Source: a virus (lineage: Duplodnaviria > Caudoviricetes). Taken from it: a DNA stretch of 64,000 bases. Position 1 is the stretch's first letter. Every line of letters starts with the position of its first letter. Under the pieces are notes generated by a model that did not search any database, had not been told where the DNA came from, and worked only from the letters and a program-made list of their open reading frames with translations. The stretch spans positions 1,446-65,445 of the IMG/VR virus record IMGVR_UViG_3300021962_008356, one strand, 5' to 3'. Positions 48,148-57,274 of this stretch are shown here, one piece after another. Position numbers and translations under genes: made by a program.

Positions 48148-48795
48148 TTACTTCTTGATCAAGAAATGTTCCCAATCAACGTGCTTTGCGTCCTGAATCA
48201 ATGCATAGACTGGAACTGGCGCAGGAGCGAATGGCTTGCGAGTCAACTTAAGACCCACTTCGCTGTTGAGCTTGTTTCCCTTCTTTGAATTGACATCCTT
48301 GGCACACAGCACCAAGTTTTCCCAACTGTCAGCACCACCCTTGCTTCGTGGCAGAACGTGGTCAACAGTTGCGCTGTGGCGGTCAATCTTGCGACCCGTG
48401 TACTGGCAGATACCATTGTCACGGTTGTAGATTGCCTCCTTGCTTGGCTTACCTTTGAACTGCTTCACGGGCATCTTGTTAAAATTGGTTGCAATGATAA
48501 CAGTAGGCACACGAATAGCAAGTCTCTGAGTATGAATCACCAAGTCCCAACTGCGAATTGGCAATTTAACCCATTCGCTCCAAGGAACCGGAATCATGCT
48601 CTTTGGTTCGCCAAGCAACGGCTCACCGTTTGCATCAACGTCATAGTCGATGTCGATAGCCAAGCTACTAGGATCGCCGTTGGCATCGCAACCGCAAAGG
48701 TCCACGATAGCGTCCTTGACGGTCTTGTAGCCCACAGGCTGCCAGTTGGCATTGAGGTTAAGGCAAATAGCCTTGTTTGCAATAGAGGTTTCCAT
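48148..48795 (-). CDS. HNH endonuclease
   Basis: RDNGICQYTG, TVDHVLPRSKGG..SWENLV, N..KGN. Confidence 0.92.
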   Translation of the reverse strand: METSIANKAICLNLNANWQPVGYKTVKDAIVDLCGCDANGDPSSLAIDIDYDVDANGEPLLGEPKSMIPVPWSEWVKLPIRSWDLVIHTQRLAIRVPTVIIATNFNKMPVKQFKGKPSKEAIYNRDNGICQYTGRKIDRHSATVDHVLPRSKGGADSWENLVLCAKDVNSKKGNKLNSEVGLKLTRKPFAPAPVPVYALIQDAKHVDWEHFLIKK

Positions 48796-48805
48796 AACTT
48801 CCTTT

Positions 48806-48833
48806 AGTGTATCAGCTTTTTATAGTTCGTCAA
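48806..48833 (-). promoter_or_regulatory. sigma70-type promoter TTGACG-N16-TACACT
   Basis: Extended TG; upstream of HNH gene. Confidence 0.65.
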
Positions 48834-49141
48834 GCAACAATTTTTTCGTTGTCCAAAGTTTCATCCAACCGTGCTTTTGCCACACCCAAATCAACACGAT
48901 ACCATTCGTTTTTGATGTCGGTGGCAAAATACTTCATGTTTTCCTTGATTTTTTTCTCAGCAGCATAGCAATCTGGATGATAAACATAGTATTCCATCGC
49001 AAAATCTCGGTGCGGACTGCTGGTTTGGTAGGTACGCAAACGTGCAGCAACATTGGTTGTAACCCCAATTTTGTAATAATTAGGGAAATTAGTGTTGCTA
49101 ATGATATAAATAAACCCTTCTTTGGAACGCTGCTTACTCAT
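48830..49141 (-). CDS. GIY-YIG/T5orf172-like protein
   Basis: GFIYII, YKIGVT, RL..YQT, AEK, EWY. Confidence 0.8.
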   Translation of the reverse strand: MSKQRSKEGFIYIISNTNFPNYYKIGVTTNVAARLRTYQTSSPHRDFAMEYYVYHPDCYAAEKKIKENMKYFATDIKNEWYRVDLGVAKARLDETLDNEKIVA

Positions 49142-49194
49142 GCTAATAAGTAGTCAACTACGTCCAAAGAAGGGTTGGGTGTTTTATTTATGTC

Positions 49195-50283
49195 CTACAT
49201 TGTGACTTTTCTCAATACATAAGCAATCAAGAAAGTAGCTGGAATAGTCAAAACCCAAGCAAACAAAATACGTCCAGCCGTACCGAAGCAGAGTGACTTA
49301 CCTTCTTTCTTTGCCAGACCCACACCCATAATACTTGTAGTAATTGCGTGGGTTGTAGAAACTGGCATACCCAACTTAGCTGCCAACAACAAAATAGAAG
49401 CACCAGTGGTTTCAGCCGCAAATCCATGCGCTGGTTTCAAATCAACCAATTTGTTTCCAAGTGTATCAATAATCTTCCAACCACCAGCAGCAGTTCCAGC
49501 AGCCATAACCAAAGCACATGTGACCTTAATCCAAGGTGCAATCGTTTGTGTTCCATCAGCAAGTGTAACCATTGGGTGTTTCAAGAATTCTAACCAAGCT
49601 GGTGCATTCTGAAGATCTCCTGCTTTTGTAGCAGCCAGTAGTGACAAAGCAATGATACCCATAATCTTTTGAGCATCATTGCTACCATGAGCAAACCCCA
49701 TATAAGCAGAACTCACCAACTGCAATTTACCAAAAGTCTTTTGAACAATTTCCAAGTCATACACTTTTTTCAGTAGAATATACAATAGTGCCATGAACAG
49801 AAATCCGCAGATCAATCCCAACACTGGTGAACTGATCATTGGAATCAATACTTTGTAGAACACACCGTCATTCTTGAACCAAACTCCACCCTTGTCTTTC
49901 ATCCAAATAATAGAGTGCCAATTATCATGCGCAGATGCTACTGTTGCTCCAAGCAGACCACCAATCATAGCATGACTAGAACTGCTTGGTAGTCCATACC
50001 ACCAAGTTACTAGATTCCACACGATACCTCCCAATAGAGCACAAATGATTGTGGTTGATGTTACAAACGCTGCATCCACCAATCCACTAGTGATTGTTTT
50101 AGCAACTGCGGTTCCTACCAAAGCTCCAATCAAGTTGGTTACTGTTGCCAAGATGATAGCGTTTCTTGGACTTAGTGCTTTTGTGGCAACTGTGGTCGCA
50201 ATAGAGTTGGCGGTGTCATGAAAGCCGTTGATGTATTCAAATATCAAGGCAACGATTATTACGGCTAGTACGAGTGTTAACAT
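49195..50283 (-). CDS. pit: inorganic phosphate transporter, PiT family
   Basis: NGFHDTANSIAT, GLPSSSSHA, HGSNDAQK, PVSTTH; multiple TM helices. Confidence 0.95.
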   Translation of the reverse strand: MLTLVLAVIIVALIFEYINGFHDTANSIATTVATKALSPRNAIILATVTNLIGALVGTAVAKTITSGLVDAAFVTSTTIICALLGGIVWNLVTWWYGLPSSSSHAMIGGLLGATVASAHDNWHSIIWMKDKGGVWFKNDGVFYKVLIPMISSPVLGLICGFLFMALLYILLKKVYDLEIVQKTFGKLQLVSSAYMGFAHGSNDAQKIMGIIALSLLAATKAGDLQNAPAWLEFLKHPMVTLADGTQTIAPWIKVTCALVMAAGTAAGGWKIIDTLGNKLVDLKPAHGFAAETTGASILLLAAKLGMPVSTTHAITTSIMGVGLAKKEGKSLCFGTAGRILFAWVLTIPATFLIAYVLRKVTM

Positions 50284-50288
50284 ATGTT

Positions 50289-50888
50289 TTAGAATTTGTA
50301 TCTGATGATTAATGCTCCGATGTCTGCATCTACCCAATGCTGACCAGATTGTTTGGTTTCATGGAAATAGTACAAGTCTCCATAAATGTGTTTTGTAATT
50401 GTGTATCCAATACCTGCTCCAGCACGATTTCTAGTAAAATCAAAACCATTGTCCAAGTCAAAGAATACTTCGTCATAAATAAACGGAGTTAGTTTGAACT
50501 TGGTCCAGCTATAAGGTAGGTCGTATTTGATACGCTCACGAAATCTATAATCGTTTTCTGTATCCAAGTTACCAAGCTCATGTCCAGGTGTGAATTCACC
50601 ACGGCTTCTAAATGCCAACTTACCCCAGTTACCTTTTTCTGTGTAATTGAATCCTACAAGAAAACGGCTAAAATCTTTTACAGACGATCCTTTGTCTTCA
50701 ACAATGAAACGATATCCTACAAATGGAGTCCACTTTTCATTGATCTTGTAGTTGTAGCTGATGTCTGTGTGTTCATAGTATGGATCGCCATCTTTGATAC
50801 GTCCTTCTTGTTCAAGAACAAAGAATGATTGAGCGTATACATTAATAGACAATAATGCACACAATAATAATTTGGGGAGGTTTGTCAT
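50289..50888 (-). CDS. outer-membrane beta-barrel protein (DUF2490-like)
   Basis: Signal peptide; RSRGE, RFRERI, DEVF, RNR..AG; C-terminal aromatic (YKF). Confidence 0.75.
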   Translation of the reverse strand: MTNLPKLLLCALLSINVYAQSFFVLEQEGRIKDGDPYYEHTDISYNYKINEKWTPFVGYRFIVEDKGSSVKDFSRFLVGFNYTEKGNWGKLAFRSRGEFTPGHELGNLDTENDYRFRERIKYDLPYSWTKFKLTPFIYDEVFFDLDNGFDFTRNRAGAGIGYTITKHIYGDLYYFHETKQSGQHWVDADIGALIIRYKF

Positions 50889-50901
50889 AGTTCAAATAAC
50901 T

Positions 50902-50950
50902 ATGACACTTTGGTGACAAGATGGTGCGGACTTCGTGACTTTTGTGTTAC
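50902..50950 (-). promoter_or_regulatory. Pho-box-like array
   Basis: Minus strand GTAAC/GTCAC/CGCAC/GTCAC/GTCAT at exact 11-bp period (plus positions 50946, 50935, 50924, 50913, 50902) upstream of barrel+pit. Confidence 0.75.
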
Positions 50951-51567
50951 ACGATATTGTCTACCAAACCATACTTCAAGCAATCATCAGCATTTAGATA
51001 AATGTCGTGTTTCAACAATTCCTCAAGCTCAGTTTCAGTGAATTTGGTGTGTTCAAGATAAATTGCTTTGACTTTATCAGCAAGTAGTTCAAGATTCTTG
51101 GCTTCGTCTTTGAAGTTTTCATGTGTACCACCACACCAACTGCGTAGCTGATGCACCAACATAACACCATTTTTTCCAATGGTGCGTTTTTTGCCACTCA
51201 CGCTAATCAGAGTAGCAGCACTAGCTACAATGCCTTCAACGTGAGTATGAATAGGAACTCGGCAAGCCTTGATACGATCAACGGTGGTAAATGCACTAAA
51301 GATTTCTCCACCATCACTGTTGATGTATAGATTGATATGTGGAGGTTTTGACAGTCCCAGATTGATTTGCGTGATCAGCATTTGCTTTTCCAAATCGCTG
51401 ATGGATCTGTTCAAATTAAAAATGGAACCTAGATTAACATCACTATAGAAATAGATGTCATTTCCATTTGCTACATGCGTATCTTTTAACGGTTTCGTTA
51501 TCACAATTTCTTCATCAAGAATTTCCTCGTTTCCTGCAAATGGTCGTTTGGATTGATATTGATACAT
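50947..51567 (-). CDS. ClpP-like serine protease
   Basis: INSDGG, VASAA (Ser), LVHQ (His), DIYL (Asp), GLVD. Confidence 0.88.
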   Translation of the reverse strand: MYQYQSKRPFAGNEEILDEEIVITKPLKDTHVANGNDIYFYSDVNLGSIFNLNRSISDLEKQMLITQINLGLSKPPHINLYINSDGGEIFSAFTTVDRIKACRVPIHTHVEGIVASAATLISVSGKKRTIGKNGVMLVHQLRSWCGGTHENFKDEAKNLELLADKVKAIYLEHTKFTETELEELLKHDIYLNADDCLKYGLVDNIV

Positions 51568-51594
51568 AGATGTAGTATTCTATACATATCAATG

Positions 51595-52107
51595 CTATTG
51601 TTTTGAATCGAAGTTAAATTCTGTTTGTCCGCTAATCAATTCACGCAACTCTGGATCATCCACAAAATGGAAGTCGCCTTTTTTGGCAAGGCTTTTATGA
51701 TGTGTTTTGATCCAGCCCTTTTTGTTGTAACCAACATCATCGGTTTTGCCAGTGGTTTCACAAATAAATCCGCTGAGATATTCTGCAAATGCAATTACAG
51801 ACTGAGTGCGTTCATTTCCACCCTCGGTATAAAAACGTAGAGTGCCAAACTTTTCTTTGACTTGCACAGCACGAACTTGGTCAATCACTGGATACGTGTC
51901 TGGATACTTTTTTGCCATTTCGTTTTGAGTATCCAAATAGTGTTGAATGTATCGGCTCACCCATACCAACAATCTAAACCATCCGTCTCCACATTCAAAA
52001 CCAAAAAGCTCAAATGGTTCATGAAGTTCCTTGGGATCTTTACCAGTTGGTTTTGGGTAAATCTTGGGATACTTGCGACACAAGTATTCTGAATATTCCT
52101 TGCGCAT
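51595..52107 (-). CDS. conserved phage hypothetical protein
   Basis: FECGDGW, QVKEKFGTLRFY, CE.TG. Confidence 0.75.
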   Translation of the reverse strand: MRKEYSEYLCRKYPKIYPKPTGKDPKELHEPFELFGFECGDGWFRLLVWVSRYIQHYLDTQNEMAKKYPDTYPVIDQVRAVQVKEKFGTLRFYTEGGNERTQSVIAFAEYLSGFICETTGKTDDVGYNKKGWIKTHHKSLAKKGDFHFVDDPELRELISGQTEFNFDSKQ

Positions 52108-52112
52108 AACAA

Positions 52113-52316
52113 TTATTGTGGTTTAGCTACTTGGATGTTTACACCAGTGAAATTGTATTCTGGTATAATGGTTTGAACAACCGTGGTGACTTGGTGTACA
52201 TCCTCAACAAACTTTTGGTAGTCGATGGGATGTTCTGGTCGCAGATTGTATTTCTGAAACAGATCTTGAATTTCTTGGGTATTGAAGTGATAGGAGTAGT
52301 TTGTAAAGTTAGTCAT
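52113..52316 (-). CDS. hypothetical protein
   Basis: ORF directly behind a sigma70 promoter. Confidence 0.6.
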   Translation of the reverse strand: MTNFTNYSYHFNTQEIQDLFQKYNLRPEHPIDYQKFVEDVHQVTTVVQTIIPEYNFTGVNIQVAKPQ

Positions 52317-52324
52317 ATACCCAA

Positions 52325-52352
52325 ACTATACTTCACATTTCGTCGTTGTCAA
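52325..52352 (-). promoter_or_regulatory. sigma70-type promoter TTGACA-N16-TATAGT
   Basis: -10 ends 8 nt before ATG 52316. Confidence 0.7.
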
Positions 52353-52722
52353 CTGTGAAGTTCTTATTATAAATCGCAAGATCTGGATTTTCATAACCAA
52401 ACTTCTTTACCAACTGCCCAGCCACAGCATTTGCTTCATCTTCAATTCGTCCTCCAACGTCTGGATGATTAACATTAAGTTCTTGGCGTTGATTCTGCAA
52501 ATGATGCACCATTTCATGTGCCACGCTGCGCAACACGTCTGCTAGGCCACGATTGCCAGTATACACCTTCATGTTTCCACTGGTTTTATCGTAGAATGCG
52601 TAGGTTCGTAGGTCGCTATCACGATTGCTGGTCAATTTGACTTTGAATGGTTGTTGCAACCCCAGATTATCTTTTACAAACTTTACGAATTTTACTACGC
52701 AATATTTCAGATTCTTATCCAT
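52333..52722 (-). CDS. small HExxH zincin-like protein
   Basis: AHEMVH...EDEAN. Confidence 0.75.
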   Translation of the reverse strand: MDKNLKYCVVKFVKFVKDNLGLQQPFKVKLTSNRDSDLRTYAFYDKTSGNMKVYTGNRGLADVLRSVAHEMVHHLQNQRQELNVNHPDVGGRIEDEANAVAGQLVKKFGYENPDLAIYNKNFTVDNDEM

Positions 52723-52762
52723 ACTTATAAATAGAAGACAAACAATCTATATTTTCGATAAT

Positions 52763-52924
52763 ATGCCAACTCCAACTCCAACTGTGAAAACCGCAACTCC
52801 AACCGCCACCCCAACTCCAAAGGTTACTGCCACTGCTGCTCCAGTTTCCAAGCCAGTAACTCCGATCAAGACTGCCACCAATCCTCCAATTGGTAGCACC
52901 AAGCCACAACAACGCTATTACTAA
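52763..52924 (+). CDS. Pro/Thr-rich microprotein
   Basis: MPTPTPTVKTATPTATPTPKVTATAAP..., 53 aa, fills an intergenic gap. Confidence 0.55.
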   Translation: MPTPTPTVKTATPTATPTPKVTATAAPVSKPVTPIKTATNPPIGSTKPQQRYY

Positions 52925-52929
52925 CAGCG

Positions 52930-53403
52930 TTACTTTATGATACCAGCTTGATCGTAGGTAAGTTTTACTTCACCACGATCAATCAATATTTTTCGATTAG
53001 CTTTGTGTTGTTCAGACACAAGGCTTTTGTTTTCTCCAAGATACTTGACCGCATAGTTTTTAGCAATCAAATCATCGTTTAATACAGCTTTGGTAGTAGG
53101 GTTGATTATTTCGCCCAATAGCCTACCAAACTTCTCTCGTCCATCATCATCGGTATCTTGTGAAATGTGGGTTCTAACGATTACTTGTTTGTTACATGAC
53201 TCTACAAACTTTTTGACGTAATCTTTACTCGCTAGTCCAAATTGTTTTTCAACTTTATCAGATGTTCTACTTTCTGGGGTATCTACACCCATAAGTCTAA
53301 CCTTTTGGTTTTGAAACTTTACATTAAATCCTAAGTCAATATCAACAACAATCGTATCTCCATCGACTACACTAGTAACTGTTGCATTATATTCGTAAGG
53401 CAT
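52930..53403 (-). CDS. thermonuclease (SNase-like)
   Basis: VVDGDT, VRLMGVDTPE, KFGRLLG. Confidence 0.9.
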   Translation of the reverse strand: MPYEYNATVTSVVDGDTIVVDIDLGFNVKFQNQKVRLMGVDTPESRTSDKVEKQFGLASKDYVKKFVESCNKQVIVRTHISQDTDDDGREKFGRLLGEIINPTTKAVLNDDLIAKNYAVKYLGENKSLVSEQHKANRKILIDRGEVKLTYDQAGIIK

Positions 53404-53404
53404 G

Positions 53405-53764
53405 TTAGTCTAGAGTCAAGAGGTACTTGAGTTTGTTTAGCTGACCCAGCATTTCATCACGAATGTTCAACAGATCTGTGTCTTTCTTAGCATCCAAATC
53501 CTTTGGTAGATCGTTTATCAAGTAGTTGATATAAAAATCCACAAAGTCATTGGGAGACCCTTCATAATTTTCAAGCTTGATGGTGAATCCGTCCTTGGAT
53601 TTGATTCTACCATACTTGCCCATGAATACTTCTACAAATTCGTCAATTAGATCTGTGAGTTCGCCGTAGGCTCCACCAAAGGCTTGATGTTGGGCATAAC
53701 TTTTGGTTTGCCAGTGATGAATTTTAAGTTGGTTGTGTAGTGTTAGTAAGCTGGTTACGATCAT
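53405..53764 (-). CDS. ferritin/Dps-like protein (DUF5856-like)
   Basis: HWQT..YAQH.A...Y..L..LID.FVE; LLNIRDEM; KYLLTL. Confidence 0.75.
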   Translation of the reverse strand: MIVTSLLTLHNQLKIHHWQTKSYAQHQAFGGAYGELTDLIDEFVEVFMGKYGRIKSKDGFTIKLENYEGSPNDFVDFYINYLINDLPKDLDAKKDTDLLNIRDEMLGQLNKLKYLLTLD

Positions 53765-53824
53765 ATGCATATAAATAGAGAATGGGTAATTAAAATAACC
53801 CAAAAGAATACTGATATGTTATAT

Positions 53825-54625
53825 ATGGAAGGTATGATGTTAAACAATGCGAAGGTGGTCGGGATAGTTCCGTGGCCAAACGAAGACGTGTTAGCGGATG
53901 ATGTAAAGAAAAAAACCATCATTTTGGTGCCAGTTGGTTCGCATGTAGAACCAGCATGTGATGAAGCACTACGACAGATTGAAAAAGACGGTATCAAAGT
54001 TTATCGAAAGTACGGATTTAGTGCGATTGATCAAGGTAGGTGTGTGATGGCTCAACAAGCCATTGACGAAGACTATGAACATTTGTTTTGGATTGACAGC
54101 GACATGGCTTTTCATCCAACCGATGTGTACAAGATCATCAATCGCAACATCAACTCGGGTGGTAATTATCCGTTTGTTACTGGAGCATACAGCGTAAAAG
54201 GATGGCCTGCGTTAACCACCAAGTTTCATGCTGGTTTTGACGAAATATTGTTTGGACGACATGGTGCGTTGTATGAAGTAGAATATGCTGCGACGGGATT
54301 CATGTATACCCACGTCAGCGTATATGAAAACATCAAGCTACAGTATAATCTACACCCAGTAAAGATTTGGGGCGGACAGTACACCGTACATCCTTGGTTT
54401 TTGCCACAAATTATTGGCGATGAGTATGTAGGTGAAGATTTTGCGTTCTGTTATCGTGCAAAACATTCTGGAATCACCATATATTGTGATACCACAGTTA
54501 GATTGGCACACATTGGTAAATACAGTTATAGCTTTGACTTTTTGACAAAGCCTGGTAAATTACCATCTGACGAACCAGAAAACCTTATTTATTATAAGGA
54601 CGGTCGTCCGGCAACACCATACTGA
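53825..54625 (+). CDS. GT-A glycosyltransferase-like
   Basis: IDQGR, FWIDSD, ATGF, GEDFAFC, LAHIG; start uncertain (53816-53837). Confidence 0.75.
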   Translation: MEGMMLNNAKVVGIVPWPNEDVLADDVKKKTIILVPVGSHVEPACDEALRQIEKDGIKVYRKYGFSAIDQGRCVMAQQAIDEDYEHLFWIDSDMAFHPTDVYKIINRNINSGGNYPFVTGAYSVKGWPALTTKFHAGFDEILFGRHGALYEVEYAATGFMYTHVSVYENIKLQYNLHPVKIWGGQYTVHPWFLPQIIGDEYVGEDFAFCYRAKHSGITIYCDTTVRLAHIGKYSYSFDFLTKPGKLPSDEPENLIYYKDGRPATPY

Positions 54626-54628
54626 ATC

Positions 54629-55114
54629 ATGTCAAAAGAAACATACATAGTCGAGGGCACAAACTGGAAATGTAGAGTTTCACTTGAAAGCAACACAGAG
54701 CAAAACTTTGATTATAAACTGATCGAAGCTGCTACACGCTGTATTGAACATTTATTTAGCGCACATGGTCCTCAATCATCCGTAGATGTTATAGAGTTAC
54801 TAGATAGTGATGGTGCTGATTTTTTCAAACTAGAAGAAGTGGACGAAGATAAAATTCCAGATCCAGCGTTTGGGTTACTCACTAAAGTATATAGACTGAA
54901 GGACATCAACAAACATGATGATCACTATGTTATTAGAACCAAAACGTTGATGGAAAATGCCAGTGCTTATGATGCATTGTGGTTGGTAGATGAACTAGAA
55001 CAAGAAGTAAAAAAGAAAAATCCACTGATGTTCAATTCTGTGGAAAAAGTGATGCGCAACAACTTGGTGTTTAGGTTTGGGGATTTGAAGAAGTATCAAC
55101 AAGATGATTCTTGA
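54629..55114 (+). CDS. hypothetical protein
   Basis: YIV...W...IEAATRCIE...LMENA. Confidence 0.6.
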   Translation: MSKETYIVEGTNWKCRVSLESNTEQNFDYKLIEAATRCIEHLFSAHGPQSSVDVIELLDSDGADFFKLEEVDEDKIPDPAFGLLTKVYRLKDINKHDDHYVIRTKTLMENASAYDALWLVDELEQEVKKKNPLMFNSVEKVMRNNLVFRFGDLKKYQQDDS

Positions 55115-55601
55115 TATAGTTCTGCGCTTCTTTGCAATGATACCATCCTTTTACTTTGACTGGATTTGGTTTGCGGTTGACCTTTTTGTACAATCTGAAA
55201 AAGTCTTCGCAAATGCTCAGAAACGTGGGATCTAGATCATCAATATCTTGATAGTTGTTTGGGTTATACAGTGGAACTCCTAGAATTTTGAAATCTTTCT
55301 TGCCGTGATCATAGGTCAATAAAGCACCCACAACACGTACTTCCACAAGCGTCATGGGACTCAATGGAACTGTATTGTGAATCAGTACATCCACTGGATC
55401 TCCGTCGTCGGCAAGTGTGCCAGGTAAAAATCCATAACTTGCTGGGTAAGACAATGAACTAATCAAACAACGATCCAACTTCATCAATCCACTCTCTGGA
55501 TCATATTCGTATTTGGTGGTGCTGTCTTTTGGAATTTCTACGATTGCTTTTGCAACCTCTGGAAATTTTTTGTGTTGCGGTAGATGTAACAGATCTTTCA
55601 T
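55071..55601 (-). CDS. ppa: family I inorganic pyrophosphatase
   Basis: EIPK..KYEYD, LDR, YP..YGF.P.TLADDGDPVDV, FF..YK. Confidence 0.93.
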   Translation of the reverse strand: MKDLLHLPQHKKFPEVAKAIVEIPKDSTTKYEYDPESGLMKLDRCLISSLSYPASYGFLPGTLADDGDPVDVLIHNTVPLSPMTLVEVRVVGALLTYDHGKKDFKILGVPLYNPNNYQDIDDLDPTFLSICEDFFRLYKKVNRKPNPVKVKGWYHCKEAQNYIKNHLVDTSSNPQT

Positions 55602-55609
55602 AATTTTGT

Positions 55610-55798
55610 TTAGAACACGATTTCCACTTTGCAAGACTTTTTGGTGTAGAATCCTTCGTCTATGATGTATTTGACAACCAAATCACATTGCGGTCGAAAT
55701 TCATCCAGCGACATTTCGGCGGGTTTCCAAATACGCACAGTTTTGGCGTCTTTTATTAGAAATTTGATCCCACGTATTTTTCCGCTGAAGTTGTACAT
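55610..55798 (-). CDS. small hypothetical protein
   Basis: MYNFSGKIRG...; CTATTTAT 10 nt upstream. Confidence 0.55.
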   Translation of the reverse strand: MYNFSGKIRGIKFLIKDAKTVRIWKPAEMSLDEFRPQCDLVVKYIIDEGFYTKKSCKVEIVF

Positions 55799-55892
55799 AT
55801 CGTCGTGTATAAATAGTAGCACACGTTTTGCAAACTGCAAAACAAAACGAAACACTTGACATTTTTCCAAAATCTGCAATCATTATGTTTGT

Positions 55893-56549
55893 ATGAGAAC
55901 ATATCAGCTTGAATTAGACTTTACATCACCAGAAGAAAAGCTAGAGCAACAACGCCGCACAGAAGCAGCGTTATCTACCATGACCGATTTGGACAGTGAG
56001 TGGTATAGAATCAACAAATATGCTGATTGGTGGTGTGATCGTGTGCCTCGCTGCTTGGGATATGGTTTGCATGACTCGTATTTGTCGTTGCGGCGGTGGT
56101 GCATTTCTACGTATCAGAAATGGCGTTATGGTGTGAGCGATGAAGAATGTTGGAATTTGAATGCTACGTTTGCTCGCTATATTCTGCCTCGCCTCAAACA
56201 CTTTCGCAACATGAACCGCATGGGCGTTCCAGGCAACATGTTTGTGAAGCATCATAGTATTGATGAAGCCGAAACAGAAGAAGGAGTAAAACGATGGAAT
56301 GCTATTCTTGATGAAATGATTTGGACGTTTGAATACATCGTAAATGATGAAACGTTCAACGCCATCCCCGACACCAAACCATTCAGATCAAAAAATGTAG
56401 AGGATTGGGCGGATAGTATTGGTCAGGAAAAATGTCCAGAAGAACAAGCATTGTGGGATGCATATTTTGCCAAATCTCAAACACTAGAAGAGCGCAAAAA
56501 CAAAGGATTGGAGTTGTTTGCTAAGTATTTCGATAACCTTTGGGACTGA
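55893..56549 (+). CDS. conserved phage hypothetical protein
   Basis: WNL..FARYILPRL, W..ILDEMIW.F, GLELFAKYF..LWD. Confidence 0.75.
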   Translation: MRTYQLELDFTSPEEKLEQQRRTEAALSTMTDLDSEWYRINKYADWWCDRVPRCLGYGLHDSYLSLRRWCISTYQKWRYGVSDEECWNLNATFARYILPRLKHFRNMNRMGVPGNMFVKHHSIDEAETEEGVKRWNAILDEMIWTFEYIVNDETFNAIPDTKPFRSKNVEDWADSIGQEKCPEEQALWDAYFAKSQTLEERKNKGLELFAKYFDNLWD

Positions 56550-56615
56550 CTTAAATTTTTCTGTGTGTTTTTTTATTTAGACCGTTGATATTCATATTTA
56601 TATGAACTATAATCT

Positions 56616-57242
56616 ATGGAGTCAACAATTTCTTTTGATTGGAAAAACATCTATTTTACTTTGCAGGTGATCATTGCTGCCAGTGCCACCGCAGGCATAC
56701 TCTACAAAGTATTTACATTCATAATCAAAAAGATAAAAACAGAGTATGAAAATTTGTCCAAAGTACATACTATGGTAGAAACAATTTATGCTGAGTTGAC
56801 TCCAAATCATGGCACCAGCATGAAAGACAAAGTAAACAAGATTGCCGATAAGTTGGAAACCAATATTAAAGTCACTGAGTGTATAATGTATCGTCAAAGA
56901 TGGATGTTGGATAACCGAGACGAGCCAATTTTTGAAAGTGATATCAACGGAGAATGCACTTGGGTCAACAGCAAATATTGTAATTTGACTGGTTATACGT
57001 TTGACGAATTTTTGAAGAACGGTTGGCACAATGTGGTTCATGCCAAAGATCGTGAACGTGTGGTGAATGAGTGGGCAGCAGCAATCAACGGCAAGCGAGA
57101 TTCTCATGGTAGCCACAGAATTGTATGTAAAGATGGATCAGTATACAAAGTTCATGTTATTGCCACACGCAATGCAGATGTTGGTTATATTGGTAGTATC
57201 AAAGTTGAAAAACGCTTGGAAGAAAACTGTGACGAGTGTTGA
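56616..57242 (+). CDS. membrane-anchored PAS domain protein
   Basis: N-terminal TM helix; IFESD.NG...VN..YC.LTGY...GW.NVVH..DR PAS/PAC motif. Confidence 0.85.
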   Translation: MESTISFDWKNIYFTLQVIIAASATAGILYKVFTFIIKKIKTEYENLSKVHTMVETIYAELTPNHGTSMKDKVNKIADKLETNIKVTECIMYRQRWMLDNRDEPIFESDINGECTWVNSKYCNLTGYTFDEFLKNGWHNVVHAKDRERVVNEWAAAINGKRDSHGSHRIVCKDGSVYKVHVIATRNADVGYIGSIKVEKRLEENCDEC

Positions 57243-57266
57243 CATTCGTAAAAACTGTGTTATGCT
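57239..57266 (+). promoter_or_regulatory. sigma70-type promoter TTGACA-N16-TATGCT
   Basis: Extended TG; 8 nt before ATG 57275. Confidence 0.7.
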
Positions 57267-57274
57267 AGTATGGA

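Noticed and set aside
47030-55816. Plus-strand TATAAATA hits as T4 late promoters
   Set aside because: They mostly sit just upstream of minus-strand start codons, so the functional orientation appears to be TATTTAT on the coding strand
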